Positions 1 to 12,400 of a DNA stretch of 64,000 nucleotides are shown one piece after another. The notes below the pieces were generated by a model that was not told where the DNA came from, ran no database searches, and saw nothing but the letters and a program-made list of their open reading frames with translations. The stretch's first letter is position 1. Each line of letters starts with the position of its first letter. The DNA lies in assembly GCF_009914755.1 (NCBI RefSeq), contig NC_060946.1. The stretch is one strand, 5' to 3'. The position numbers and the translations under genes were made by a program. The DNA is from the human T2T-CHM13v2.0 reference genome, Homo sapiens.

Positions 1-3000
1 GCTCACAAATATCCCTTCGCAGATTCTAAGAAAAGACGTTTTCCAAACTCCTCACTCAAAAGAAAGGTTTAACACTGTGAGATGAATGGACACATCACGA
101 AGAAGTTTCTCAGAAAGCTTCTGTCTAGTTTTTCTGTGAAGATATTTCTTTTTCACCATAGGCCTCAAGCAGCTAAGAAATTTCCCTCTGCAGCTTCTAC
201 CAAAGGCTGTTTCCAAACTGCTCAACTGAAAGAAAGGTTGAATTCTGTGACATGAATTCACACATCACAAAGAGGTTTTTCAGAAATCTCCTGTCTGGTT
301 TTTAGGTGAAGATACTTCCTTTTTCACCACGGGCCTCAAATATCTCCAAATATCCATTTGCAGATTCTACAGAAAGACTTTCCAAACTGCTCCATCAAAA
401 GAAAGGTTCAACACTGTGAGATGAAGGCACACATCACCAAGAAGTTTCTCAGAAACCTTCTGTCTAGTTTTTAGGTGAAGATACTTCGTATTTCACCACA
501 GGCCATAAAGGGCTCACAAATATCCCTTTGCAGGTTCTACAAAAAGACTGTTTCCAAACTGCCCAATCAAAGGAGAGGTTCAACTCTGTGACGTGAATGG
601 ACACATCACAAAAAATTTCTTAGAATGCTTCCGTCTAGTTCTTATGGGAAGATATTTCTCTTTCACCATAAGCCTCAAACGGATCAGAATTCTCCCTCTG
701 CAGATTGTACGATAAGCCTCTTTCCAATCTGCTCAATCAAAAGAAAGTTTCCACTCGGTGAGGTGAATGCACACATCGCAAGGGAGTTTCTCAGAAAGCT
801 TCTGTTTAGTTTTTACGTGAAGATATTTCGTTTTTCACCACGGGCCTCAAAAGCTCTCCAAATATCCATTTGCATATTCTAGAAAAAGAGTGTTTCCAAA
901 CTCCTCAATCAAAGGATAGTTTCAATTCTGTGAGACGAAAGCACACATCACAACGAAGTTTCTTAGAAAGCGTCTGTGAAGTTTTTATGTGAAGATACTT
1001 CACATTGCATCACAGTACTCAAGGGGCTCAGAAATATCCCCTTGCAGATCCTACAAAAGGACTGTTTCAAAACTGCTCAATCCAAAGAAAGTTTCAACTA
1101 TGTGAGACGAATGCACACGTCACGAAGAAGTGCCTCAGAATGCTTCTGTCTAGTTTATATGTGAAGAAGATTCCTATTCCACCATAGGCAATAAAGGGCT
1201 CACAAATATGTTTTGCAGATTCTACAAAAAGACTGTATCCAAACTGCTCAATAAAAAGAAAGTTTTAACTCTGTTAGGTTAATGGACACATCAAAAAGTA
1301 GTTTCTCAGAAAACTTCTGTGTAGTTTTTATGTGAAGATATTTCCTTTGTCACCATTGGCCTCGAAGCACTCCTAATATCCATTTACAGATGTCACAGAA
1401 AGAGTGTTTCCAAACTGCTCAATCAAAAGAAAGTGTTTAACTCTGTGAGGTGAAAGCACACATCTCAAAGAAGTTTCTCCGAAAGCTTCGGTCTAGTTTT
1501 CATGTGATGATATTTCCAGTCTCACCATAGGCCTCAAAGGGCTAAGAAATATCCCTTTCCAGATTCTAAAAGACCACCATTTCCATACTTCTCAATCAAA
1601 AGAAAGGTTACATTCTGTGAGGTTAATGCACACATCAGAATGAAGTTTCTCAGAATTCTCCTGTCTAGTTTTCATGGGAAGATATTTACTATTTCACTCT
1701 AGGCTTCAAATGTCTCAAAAATATCCCTTTGCAGATTCTACAAAAATATGCTTTCCAAAGTGCTGAATTAAAAGAAACCTTCAACTCTGTCCGATGAATG
1801 GAGAGGCATCACAACGAAGTTCCTCAGAATGCTTCTGTCTAGTTTAAATGTGAAGATATTTCTTTTTCACCATAGACCTCAAAGGGCTCAGAATTAGACC
1901 TTTGCAGATTGCAGAGAAAGACTGTCTCTAAACTGCTCAAATAAAATAAAGTTTCAACACGGTGAGATGAATGCACACATCACAAAGAAGTTCCTCAGAA
2001 AGCTTCTGTCTGGTTTTTATGTGAAGATATTTCCTTTTTCACCATAGGCCTTACACCGCTCACAAATATCCTTCTGCAGATACTAGAAAAAGACTGTTTC
2101 CAAACTGCTCCATCAAAAGAAAATTTCACCCATCTGAGATGAATGCACACATCATAAAGAAGTTCCTCAGAATTCTTCTGTCTAGTTTTTATGTGAAGAT
2201 GTTTCCATTTTCACCTTAGGCCACAAAGCGCTCCAAACATCCGTTTGCAGATGATACGAAAAGACTGTTTCCAAACTGCTCAATCAAAAGAAATTTTCAA
2301 CTCTGTGAGATGAGAGCACACATCACAAAAAAGTTTCTCAGAAATCTTCTGTCTCGCTTTTATCTCAAGATAATTCCTATTTTGCCATAGGAATCAAGGG
2401 GCTCACATATATCCCTTTGCGGATTCTACAAAAGTTCTCTTTACAAACTTCTCAATCAAAAGAAACGTTCAACATTGGGAGATGAATGAACACATCCCAA
2501 AGAAGTTTCTCAGGTTGCTTCTGTCTGGTTGCTATGTGAAGATGTTTCCTTTTTCACCATGGTCTTTAAGCCACTCAAACATACCTGTCTGCAGACTCTA
2601 CAAAAAGACTGTTTCCAAACTGGCCCATATAGCATGTTTCAACTATGTGAAATGAATGCACTCATCAAAAAGAAGTTTCTCAGGATTCTCCTGTCTAGTT
2701 TTTATGTGAAGATATTTCCTTTTTCACTGTAGGCCACAAATTGCTCCAAATATCCATTTGCAGATTCTACAAAAAGAATGTTCCCAAACTGGTCAATCAA
2801 AAGAAAGGCGCAACTCTGTGAGACGAAAGCACACATCACAAAGAAGTTTCCCGGAAAGCTTCTGTCTACATTTTATGTGAACGTATTTCCTTTGGCACCA
2901 TAGGCCTTAAACCGCTCGCAAATATAACTCCAATTAAACGACCTAGAGACTTTCTCCAGATTGCTAAATCAAAAGAAAGGTTCAACTCTGTGAGATGAAT

Positions 3001-3427
3001 ACACACATCAAAAAGAAGTTTCTCAAAATGCTTCTGTCTAGTTTTCATGGGAAGATATTTATTTTTCACCGTTGGCCCCAAACCGCTCAGAAATATCCCT
3101 TTGCAGTTTGTAGAAAAAGACTGCTTCCAAACTGCTCAATGAAAGGAAATGGCCAACTATTAGAGATGAATGGAAATGTCACAAAGAGTTTTCTCAAAAA
3201 GCTACTGTGTCGTTTTCATGTGAAGACATTGCCTTTGGCACCCTAGGCCTTAAAACTCTCTAAATGCACATTCACAGATTCTACAAAAAGACTGATTCCA
3301 AACTGCTCAATCAGAAGAAGGGTTCAATTCCGTGTGACAAACGTGCACATCACCAAGAAATTTGTCAGAAAGCTTCTGTCTACTTTTTATGTGAAGATAT
3401 TTCATATTTCAACAAAGGCCATAAAGG
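1..3427. repeat. One representative 20-monomer HOR unit (3427 bp, haplotype A; phase arbitrary)
   Basis: Sequence at 1 (gctcacaaatatcccttcgcag) recurs at 3428, and the ORF track repeats at +3427 (52, 3479, 6906, 10333, 13760, 17187, 20614). I counted 20 GTGAAGAT-type monomer landmarks per period. Monomers within a unit are clearly divergent, whereas HOR copies are nearly identical. Confidence 0.97.
2031..2047 (+). other. Example A-box (pJ-alpha motif) occupying the A/B-box position of the monomer
   Basis: TTCCTTTTTCACCATAG matches the pJ-alpha/A-box consensus TTCCTTTTYCACCRTAG. Degenerate versions occur at the same position in the other monomers, where B-type monomers would read CCCGTTTCCAACGAA in this orientation. 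Confidence 0.85.
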
Positions 3428-6400
3428 GCTCACAAATATCCCTTCGCAGATTCTAAGAAAAGACGTTTTCCAAACTCCTCACTCAAAAGAAAGGTTTAAC
3501 ACTGTGAGATGAATGGACACATCACGAAGAAGTTTCTCAGAAAGCTTCTGTCTAGTTTTTCTGTGAAGATATTTCTTTTTCACCATAGGCCTCAAGCAGC
3601 TAAGAAATTTCCCTCTGCAGCTTCTACCAAAGGCTGTTTCCAAACTGCTCAACTGAAAGAAAGGTTGAATTCTGTGACATGAATTCACACATCACAAAGA
3701 GGTTTTTCAGAAATCTCCTGTCTGGTTTTTAGGTGAAGATACTTCCTTTTTCACCACGGGCCTCAAATATCTCCAAATATCCATTTGCAGATTCTACAGA
3801 AAGACTTTCCAAACTGCTCCATCAAAAGAAAGGTTCAACACTGTGAGATGAAGGCACACATCACCAAGAAGTTTCTCAGAAACCTTCTGTCTAGTTTTTA
3901 GGTGAAGATACTTCGTATTTCACCACAGGCCATAAAGGGCTCACAAATATCCCTTTGCAGGTTCTACAAAAAGACTGTTTCCAAACTGCCCAATCAAAGG
4001 AGAGGTTCAACTCTGTGACGTGAATGGACACATCACAAAAAATTTCTTAGAATGCTTCCGTCTAGTTCTTATGGGAAGATATTTCTCTTTCACCATAAGC
4101 CTCAAACGGATCAGAATTCTCCCTCTGCAGATTGTACGATAAGCCTCTTTCCAATCTGCTCAATCAAAAGAAAGTTTCCACTCGGTGAGGTGAATGCACA
4201 CATCGCAAGGGAGTTTCTCAGAAAGCTTCTGTTTAGTTTTTACGTGAAGATATTTCGTTTTTCACCACGGGCCTCAAAAGCTCTCCAAATATCCATTTGC
4301 ATATTCTAGAAAAAGAGTGTTTCCAAACTCCTCAATCAAAGGATAGTTTCAATTCTGTGAGACGAAAGCACACATCACAACGAAGTTTCTTAGAAAGCGT
4401 CTGTGAAGTTTTTATGTGAAGATACTTCACATTGCATCACAGTACTCAAGGGGCTCAGAAATATCCCCTTGCAGATCCTACAAAAGGACTGTTTCAAAAC
4501 TGCTCAATCCAAAGAAAGTTTCAACTATGTGAGACGAATGCACACGTCACGAAGAAGTGCCTCAGAATGCTTCTGTCTAGTTTATATGTGAAGAAGATTC
4601 CTATTCCACCATAGGCAATAAAGGGCTCACAAATATGTTTTGCAGATTCTACAAAAAGACTGTATCCAAACTGCTCAATAAAAAGAAAGTTTTAACTCTG
4701 TTAGGTTAATGGACACATCAAAAAGTAGTTTCTCAGAAAACTTCTGTGTAGTTTTTATGTGAAGATATTTCCTTTGTCACCATTGGCCTCAAAGCACTCC
4801 TAATATCCATTTACAGATGTCACAGAAAGAGTGTTTCCAAACTGCTCAATCAAAAGAAAGTGTTTAACTCTGTGAGGTGAAAGCACACATCTCAAAGAAG
4901 TTTCTCCGAAAGCTTCGGTCTAGTTTTCATGTGATGATATTTCCAGTCTCACCATAGGCCTCAAAGGGCTAAGAAATATCCCTTTCCAGATTCTAAAAGA
5001 CCACCATTTCCATACTTCTCAATCAAAAGAAAGGTTACATTCTGTGAGGTTAATGCACACATCAGAATGAAGTTTCTCAGAATTCTCCTGTCTAGTTTTC
5101 ATGGGAAGATATTTACTATTTCACTCTAGGCTTCAAATGTCTCAAAAATATCCCTTTGCAGATTCTACAAAAATATGCTTTCCAAAGTGCTGAATTAAAA
5201 GAAACCTTCAACTCTGTCCGATGAATGGAGAGGCATCACAACGAAGTTCCTCAGAATGCTTCTGTCTAGTTTAAATGTGAAGATATTTCTTTTTCACCAT
5301 AGACCTCAAAGGGCTCAGAATTAGACCTTTGCAGATTGCAGAGAAAGACTGTCTCTAAACTGCTCAAATAAAATAAAGTTTCAACACGGTGAGATGAATG
5401 CACACATCACAAAGAAGTTCCTCAGAAAGCTTCTGTCTGGTTTTTATGTGAAGATATTTCCTTTTTCACCATAGGCCTTACACCGCTCACAAATATCCTT
5501 CTGCAGATACTAGAAAAAGACTGTTTCCAAACTGCTCCATCAAAAGAAAATTTCACCCATCTGAGATGAATGCACACATCATAAAGAAGTTCCTCAGAAT
5601 TCTTCTGTCTAGTTTTTATGTGAAGATGTTTCCATTTTCACCTTAGGCCACAAAGCGCTCCAAACATCCGTTTGCAGATGATACGAAAAGACTGTTTCCA
5701 AACTGCTCAATCAAAAGAAATTTTCAACTCTGTGAGATGAGAGCACACATCACAAAAAAGTTTCTCAGAAATCTTCTGTCTCGCTTTTATCTCAAGATAA
5801 TTCCTATTTTGCCATAGGAATCAAGGGGCTCACATATATCCCTTTGCGGATTCTACAAAAGTTCTCTTTACAAACTTCTCAATCAAAAGAAACGTTCAAC
5901 ATTGGGAGATGAATGAACACATCCCAAAGAAGTTTCTCAGGTTGCTTCTGTCTGGTTGCTATGTGAAGATGTTTCCTTTTTCACCATGGTCTTTAAGCCA
6001 CTCAAACATACCTGTCTGCAGACTCTACAAAAAGACTGTTTCCAAACTGGCCCATATAGCATGTTTCAACTATGTGAAATGAATGCACTCATCAAAAAGA
6101 AGTTTCTCAGGATTCTCCTGTCTAGTTTTTATGTGAAGATATTTCCTTTTTCACCGTAGGCCACAAATTGCTCCAAATATCCATTTGCAGATTCTACAAA
6201 AAGAATGTTCCCAAACTGGTCAATCAAAAGAAAGGCGCAACTCTGTGAGACGAAAGCACACATCACAAAGAAGTTTCCCGGAAAGCTTCTGTCTACATTT
6301 TATGTGAACGTATTTCCTTTGGCACCATAGGCCTTAAACCGCTCGCAAATATAACTCCAATTAAACGACCTAGAGACTTTCTCCAGATTGCTAAATCAAA

Positions 6401-9400
6401 AGAAAGGTTCAACTCTGTGAGATGAATACACACATCAAAAAGAAGTTTCTCAAAATGCTTCTGTCTAGTTTTCATGGGAAGATATTTATTTTTCACCGTT
6501 GGCCCCAAACCGCTCAGAAATATCCCTTTGCAGTTTGTAGAAAAAGACTGCTTCCAAACTGCTCAATGAAAGGAAATGGCCAACTATTAGAGATGAATGG
6601 AAATGTCACAAAGAGTTTTCTCAAAAAGCTACTGTGTCGTTTTCATGTGAAGACATTGCCTTTGGCACCCTAGGCCTTAAAACTCTCTAAATGCACATTC
6701 ACAGATTCTACAAAAAGACTGATTCCAAACTGCTCAATCAGAAGAAGGGTTCAATTCCGTGTGACAAACGTGCACATCACCAAGAAATTTGTCAGAAAGC
6801 TTCTGTCTACTTTTTATGTGAAGATATTTCATATTTCAACAAAGGCCATAAAGGGCTCACAAATATCCCTTCGCAGATTCTAAGAAAAGACGTTTTCCAA
6901 ACTCCTCACTCAAAAGAAAGGTTTAACACTGTGAGATGAATGGACACATCACGAAGAAGTTTCTCAGAAAGCTTCTGTCTAGTTTTTCTGTGAAGATATT
7001 TCTTTTTCACCATAGGCCTCAAGCAGCTAAGAAATTTCCCTCTGCAGCTTCTACCAAAGGCTGTTTCCAAACTGCTCAACTGAAAGAAAGGTTGAATTCT
7101 GTGACATGAATTCACACATCACAAAGAGGTTTTTCAGAAATCTCCTGTCTGGTTTTTAGGTGAAGATACTTCCTTTTTCACCACGGGCCTCAAATATCTC
7201 CAAATATCCATTTGCAGATTCTACAGAAAGACTTTCCAAACTGCTCCATCAAAAGAAAGGTTCAACACTGTGAGATGAAGGCACACATCACCAAGAAGTT
7301 TCTCAGAAACCTTCTGTCTAGTTTTTAGGTGAAGATACTTCGTATTTCACCACAGGCCATAAAGGGCTCACAAATATCCCTTTGCAGGTTCTACAAAAAG
7401 ACTGTTTCCAAACTGCCCAATCAAAGGAGAGGTTCAACTCTGTGACGTGAATGGACACATCACAAAAAATTTCTTAGAATGCTTCCGTCTAGTTCTTATG
7501 GGAAGATATTTCTCTTTCACCATAAGCCTCAAACGGATCAGAATTCTCCCTCTGCAGATTGTACGATAAGCCTCTTTCCAATCTGCTCAATCAAAAGAAA
7601 GTTTCCACTCGGTGAGGTGAATGCACACATCGCAAGGGAGTTTCTCAGAAAGCTTCTGTTTAGTTTTTACGTGAAGATATTTCGTTTTTCACCACGGGCC
7701 TCAAAAGCTCTCCAAATATCCATTTGCATATTCTAGAAAAAGAGTGTTTCCAAACTCCTCAATCAAAGGATAGTTTCAATTCTGTGAGACGAAAGCACAC
7801 ATCACAACGAAGTTTCTTAGAAAGCGTCTGTGAAGTTTTTATGTGAAGATACTTCACATTGCATCACAGTACTCAAGGGGCTCAGAAATATCCCCTTGCA
7901 GATCCTACAAAAGGACTGTTTCAAAACTGCTCAATCCAAAGAAAGTTTCAACTATGTGAGACGAATGCACACGTCACGAAGAAGTGCCTCAGAATGCTTC
8001 TGTCTAGTTTATATGTGAAGAAGATTCCTATTCCACCATAGGCAATAAAGGGCTCACAAATATGTTTTGCAGATTCTACAAAAAGACTGTACCCAAACTG
8101 CTCAATAAAAAGAAAGTTTTAACTCTGTTAGGTTAATGGACACATCAAAAAGTAGTTTCTCAGAAAACTTCTGTGTAGTTTTTATGTGAAGATATTTCCT
8201 TTGTCACCATTGGCCTCAAAGCACTCCTAATATCCATTTACAGATGTCACAGAAAGAGTGTTTCCAAACTGCTCAATCAAAAGAAAGTGTTTAACTCTGT
8301 GAGGTGAAAGCACACATCTCAAAGAAGTTTCTCCGAAAGCTTCGGTCTAGTTTTCATGTGATGATATTTCCAGTCTCACCATAGGCCTCAAAGGGCTAAG
8401 AAATATCCCTTTCCAGATTCTAAAAGACCACCATTTCCATACTTCTCAATCAAAAGAAAGGTTACATTCTGTGAGGTTAATGCACACATCAGAATGAAGT
8501 TTCTCAGAATTCTCCTGTCTAGTTTTCATGGGAAGATATTTACTATTTCACTCTAGGCTTCAAATGTCTCAAAAATATCCCTTTGCAGATTCTACAAAAA
8601 TATGCTTTCCAAAGTGCTGAATTAAAAGAAACCTTCAACTCTGTCCGATGAATGGAGAGGCATCACAACGAAGTTCCTCAGAATGCTTCTGTCTAGTTTA
8701 AATGTGAAGATATTTCTTTTTCACCATAGACCTCAAAGGGCTCAGAATTAGACCTTTGCAGATTGCAGAGAAAGACTGTCTCTAAACTGCTCAAATAAAA
8801 TAAAGTTTCAACACGGTGAGATGAATGCACACATCACAAAGAAGTTCCTCAGAAAGCTTCTGTCTGGTTTTTATGTGAAGATATTTCCTTTTTCACCATA
8901 GGCCTTACACCGCTCACAAATATCCTTCTGCAGATACTAGAAAAAGACTGTTTCCAAACTGCTCCATCAAAAGAAAATTTCACCCATCTGAGATGAATGC
9001 ACACATCATAAAGAAGTTCCTCAGAATTCTTCTGTCTAGTTTTTATGTGAAGATGTTTCCATTTTCACCTTAGGCCACAAAGCGCTCCAAACATCCGTTT
9101 GCAGATGATACGAAAAGACTGTTTCCAAACTGCTCAATCAAAAGAAATTTTCAACTCTGTGAGATGAGAGCACACATCACAAAAAAGTTTCTCAGAAATC
9201 TTCTGTCTCGCTTTTATCTCAAGATAATTCCTATTTTGCCATAGGAATCAAGGGGCTCACATATATCCCTTTGCGGATTCTACAAAAGTTCTCTTTACAA
9301 ACTTCTCAATCAAAAGAAACGTTCAACATTGGGAGATGAATGAACACATCCCAAAGAAGTTTCTCAGGTTGCTTCTGTCTGGTTGCTATGTGAAGATGTT

Positions 9401-12400
9401 TCCTTTTTCACCGTGGTCTTTAAGCCACTCAAACATACCTGTCTGCAGACTCTACAAAAAGACTGTTTCCAAACTGGCCCATATAGCATGTTTCAACTAT
9501 GTGAAATGAATGCACTCATCAAAAAGAAGTTTCTCAGGATTCTCCTGTCTAGTTTTTATGTGAAGATATTTCCTTTTTCACCGTAGGCCACAAATTGCTC
9601 CAAATATCCATTTGCAGATTCTACAAAAAGAATGTTCCCAAACTGGTCAATCAAAAGAAAGGCGCAACTCTGTGAGACGAAAGCACACATCACAAAGAAG
9701 TTTCCCGGAAAGCTTCTGTCTACATTTTATGTGAACGTATTTCCTTTGGCACCATAGGCCTTAAACCGCTCGCAAATATAACTCCAATTAAACGACCTAG
9801 AGACTTTCTCCAGATTGCTAAATCAAAAGAAAGGTTCAACTCTGTGAGATGAATACACACATCAAAAAGAAGTTTCTCAAAATGCTTCTGTCTAGTTTTC
9901 ATGGGAAGATATTTATTTTTCACCGTTGGCCCCAAACCGCTCAGAAATATCCCTTTGCAGTTTGTAGAAAAAGACTGCTTCCAAACTGCTCAATGAAAGG
10001 AAATGGCCAACTATTAGAGATGAATGGAAATGTCACAAAGAGTTTCCTCAAAAAGCTACTGTGTCGTTTTCATGTGAAGACATTGCCTTTGGCACCCTAG
10101 GCCTTAAAACTCTCTAAATGCACATTCACAGATTCTACAAAAAGACTGATTCCAAACTGCTCAATCAGAAGAAGGGTTCAATTCCGTGTGACAAACGTGC
10201 ACATCACCAAGAAATTTGTCAGAAAGCTTCTGTCTACTTTTTATGTGAAGATATTTCATATTTCAACAAAGGCCTTAAAGGGCTCACAAATATCCCTTCG
10301 CAGATTCTAAGAAAAGACGTTTTCCAAACTCCTCACTCAAAAGAAAGGTTTAACACTGTGAGATGAATGGACACATCACGAAGAAGTTTCTCAGAAAGCT
10401 TCTGTCTAGTTTTTCTGTGAAGATATTTCTTTTTCACCATAGGCCTCAAGCAGCTAAGAAATTTCCCTCTGCAGCTTCTACCAAAGGCTGTTTCCAAACT
10501 GCTCAACTGAAAGAAAGGTTGAATTCTGTGACATGAATTCACACATCACAAAGAGGTTTTTCAGAAATCTCCTGTCTGGTTTTTAGGTGAAGATACTTCC
10601 TTTTTCACCACGGGCCTCAAATATCTCCAAATATCCATTTGCAGATTCTACAGAAAGACTTTCCAAACTGCTCCATCAAAAGAAAGGTTCAACACTGTGA
10701 GATGAAGGCACACATCACCAAGAAGTTTCTCAGAAACCTTCTGTCTAGTTTTTAGGTGAAGATACTTCGTATTTCACCACAGGCCATAAAGGGCTCACAA
10801 ATATCCCTTTGCAGGTTCTACAAAAAGACTGTTTCCAAACTGCCCAATCAAAGGAGAGGTTCAACTCTGTGACGTGAATGGACACATCACAAAAAATTTC
10901 TTAGAATGCTTCCGTCTAGTTCTTATGGGAAGATATTTCTCTTTCACCATAAGCCTCAAACGGATCAGAATTCTCCCTCTGCAGATTGTACGATAAGCCT
11001 CTTTCCAATCTGCTCAATCAAAAGAAAGTTTCCACTCGGTGAGGTGAATGCACACATCGCAAGGGAGTTTCTCAGAAAGCTTCTGTTTAGTTTTTACGTG
11101 AAGATATTTCGTTTTTCACCACGGGCCTCAAAAGCTCTCCAAATATCCATTTGCATATTCTAGAAAAAGAGTGTTTCCAAACTCCTCAATCAAAGGATAG
11201 TTTCAATTCTGTGAGACGAAAGCACACATCACAACGAAGTTTCTTAGAAAGCGTCTGTGAAGTTTTTATGTGAAGATACTTCACATTGCATCACAGTACT
11301 CAAGGGGCTCAGAAATATCCCCTTGCAGATCCTACAAAAGGACTGTTTCAAAACTGCTCAATCCAAAGAAAGTTTCAACTATGTGAGACGAATGCACACG
11401 TCACGAAGAAGTGCCTCAGAATGCTTCTGTCTACTTTATATGTGAAGAAGATTCCTATTCCACCATAGGCAATAAAGGGCTCACAAATATGTTTTGCAGA
11501 TTCTACAAAAAGACTGTACCCAAACTGCTCAATAAAAAGAAAGTTTTAACTCTGTTAGGTTAATGGACACATCAAAAAGTAGTTTCTCAGAAAACTTCTG
11601 TGTAGTTTTTATGTGAAGATATTTCCTTTGTCACCATTGGCCTCAAAGCACTCCTAATATCCATTTACAGATGTCACAGAAAGAGTGTTTCCAAACTGCT
11701 CAATCAAAAGAAAGTGTTTAACTCTGTGAGGTGAAAGCACACATCTCAAAGAAGTTTCTCCGAAAGCTTCGGTCTAGTTTTCATGTGATGATATTTCCAG
11801 TCTCACCATAGGCCTCAAAGGGCTAAGAAATATCCCTTTCCAGATTCTAAAAGACCACCATTTCCATACTTCTCAATCAAAAGAAAGGTTACATTCTGTG
11901 AGGTTAATGCACACATCAGAATGAAGTTTCTCAGAATTCTCCTGTCTAGTTTTCATGGGAAGATATTTACTATTTCACTCTAGGCTTCAAATGTCTCAAA
12001 AATATCCCTTTGCAGATTCTACAAAAATATGCTTTCCAAAGTGCTGAATTAAAAGAAACCTTCAACTCTGTCCGATGAATGGAGAGGCATCACAACGAAG
12101 TTCCTCAGAATGCTTCTGTCTAGTTTAAATGTGAAGATATTTCTTTTTCACCATAGACCTCAAAGGGCTCAGAATTAGACCTTTGCAGATTGCAGAGAAA
12201 GACTGTCTCTAAACTGCTCAAATAAAATAAAGTTTCAACACGGTGAGATGAATGCACACATCACAAAGAAGTTCCTCAGAAAGCTTCTGTCTGGTTTTTA
12301 TGTGAAGATATTTCCTTTTTCACCATAGGCCTTACACCGCTCACAAATATCCTTCTGCAGATACTAGAAAAAGACTGTTTCCAAACTGCTCCATCAAAAG

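Noticed and set aside
827-844. TTCGtttttcaccaCGGG resembling a CENP-B box
   Set aside because: There are 10 nt between TTCG and CGGG instead of 7, the required A is missing, and the orientation is opposite to that expected for a B-box in these monomers. It is a mutated A-box.
1939-1950. AATAAA motifs (aaataaaataaa) as polyadenylation signals
   Set aside because: They arise by single substitutions in the AATCAAAAGAAA monomer segment of an AT-rich repeat, and nothing in the sequence indicates a transcript.
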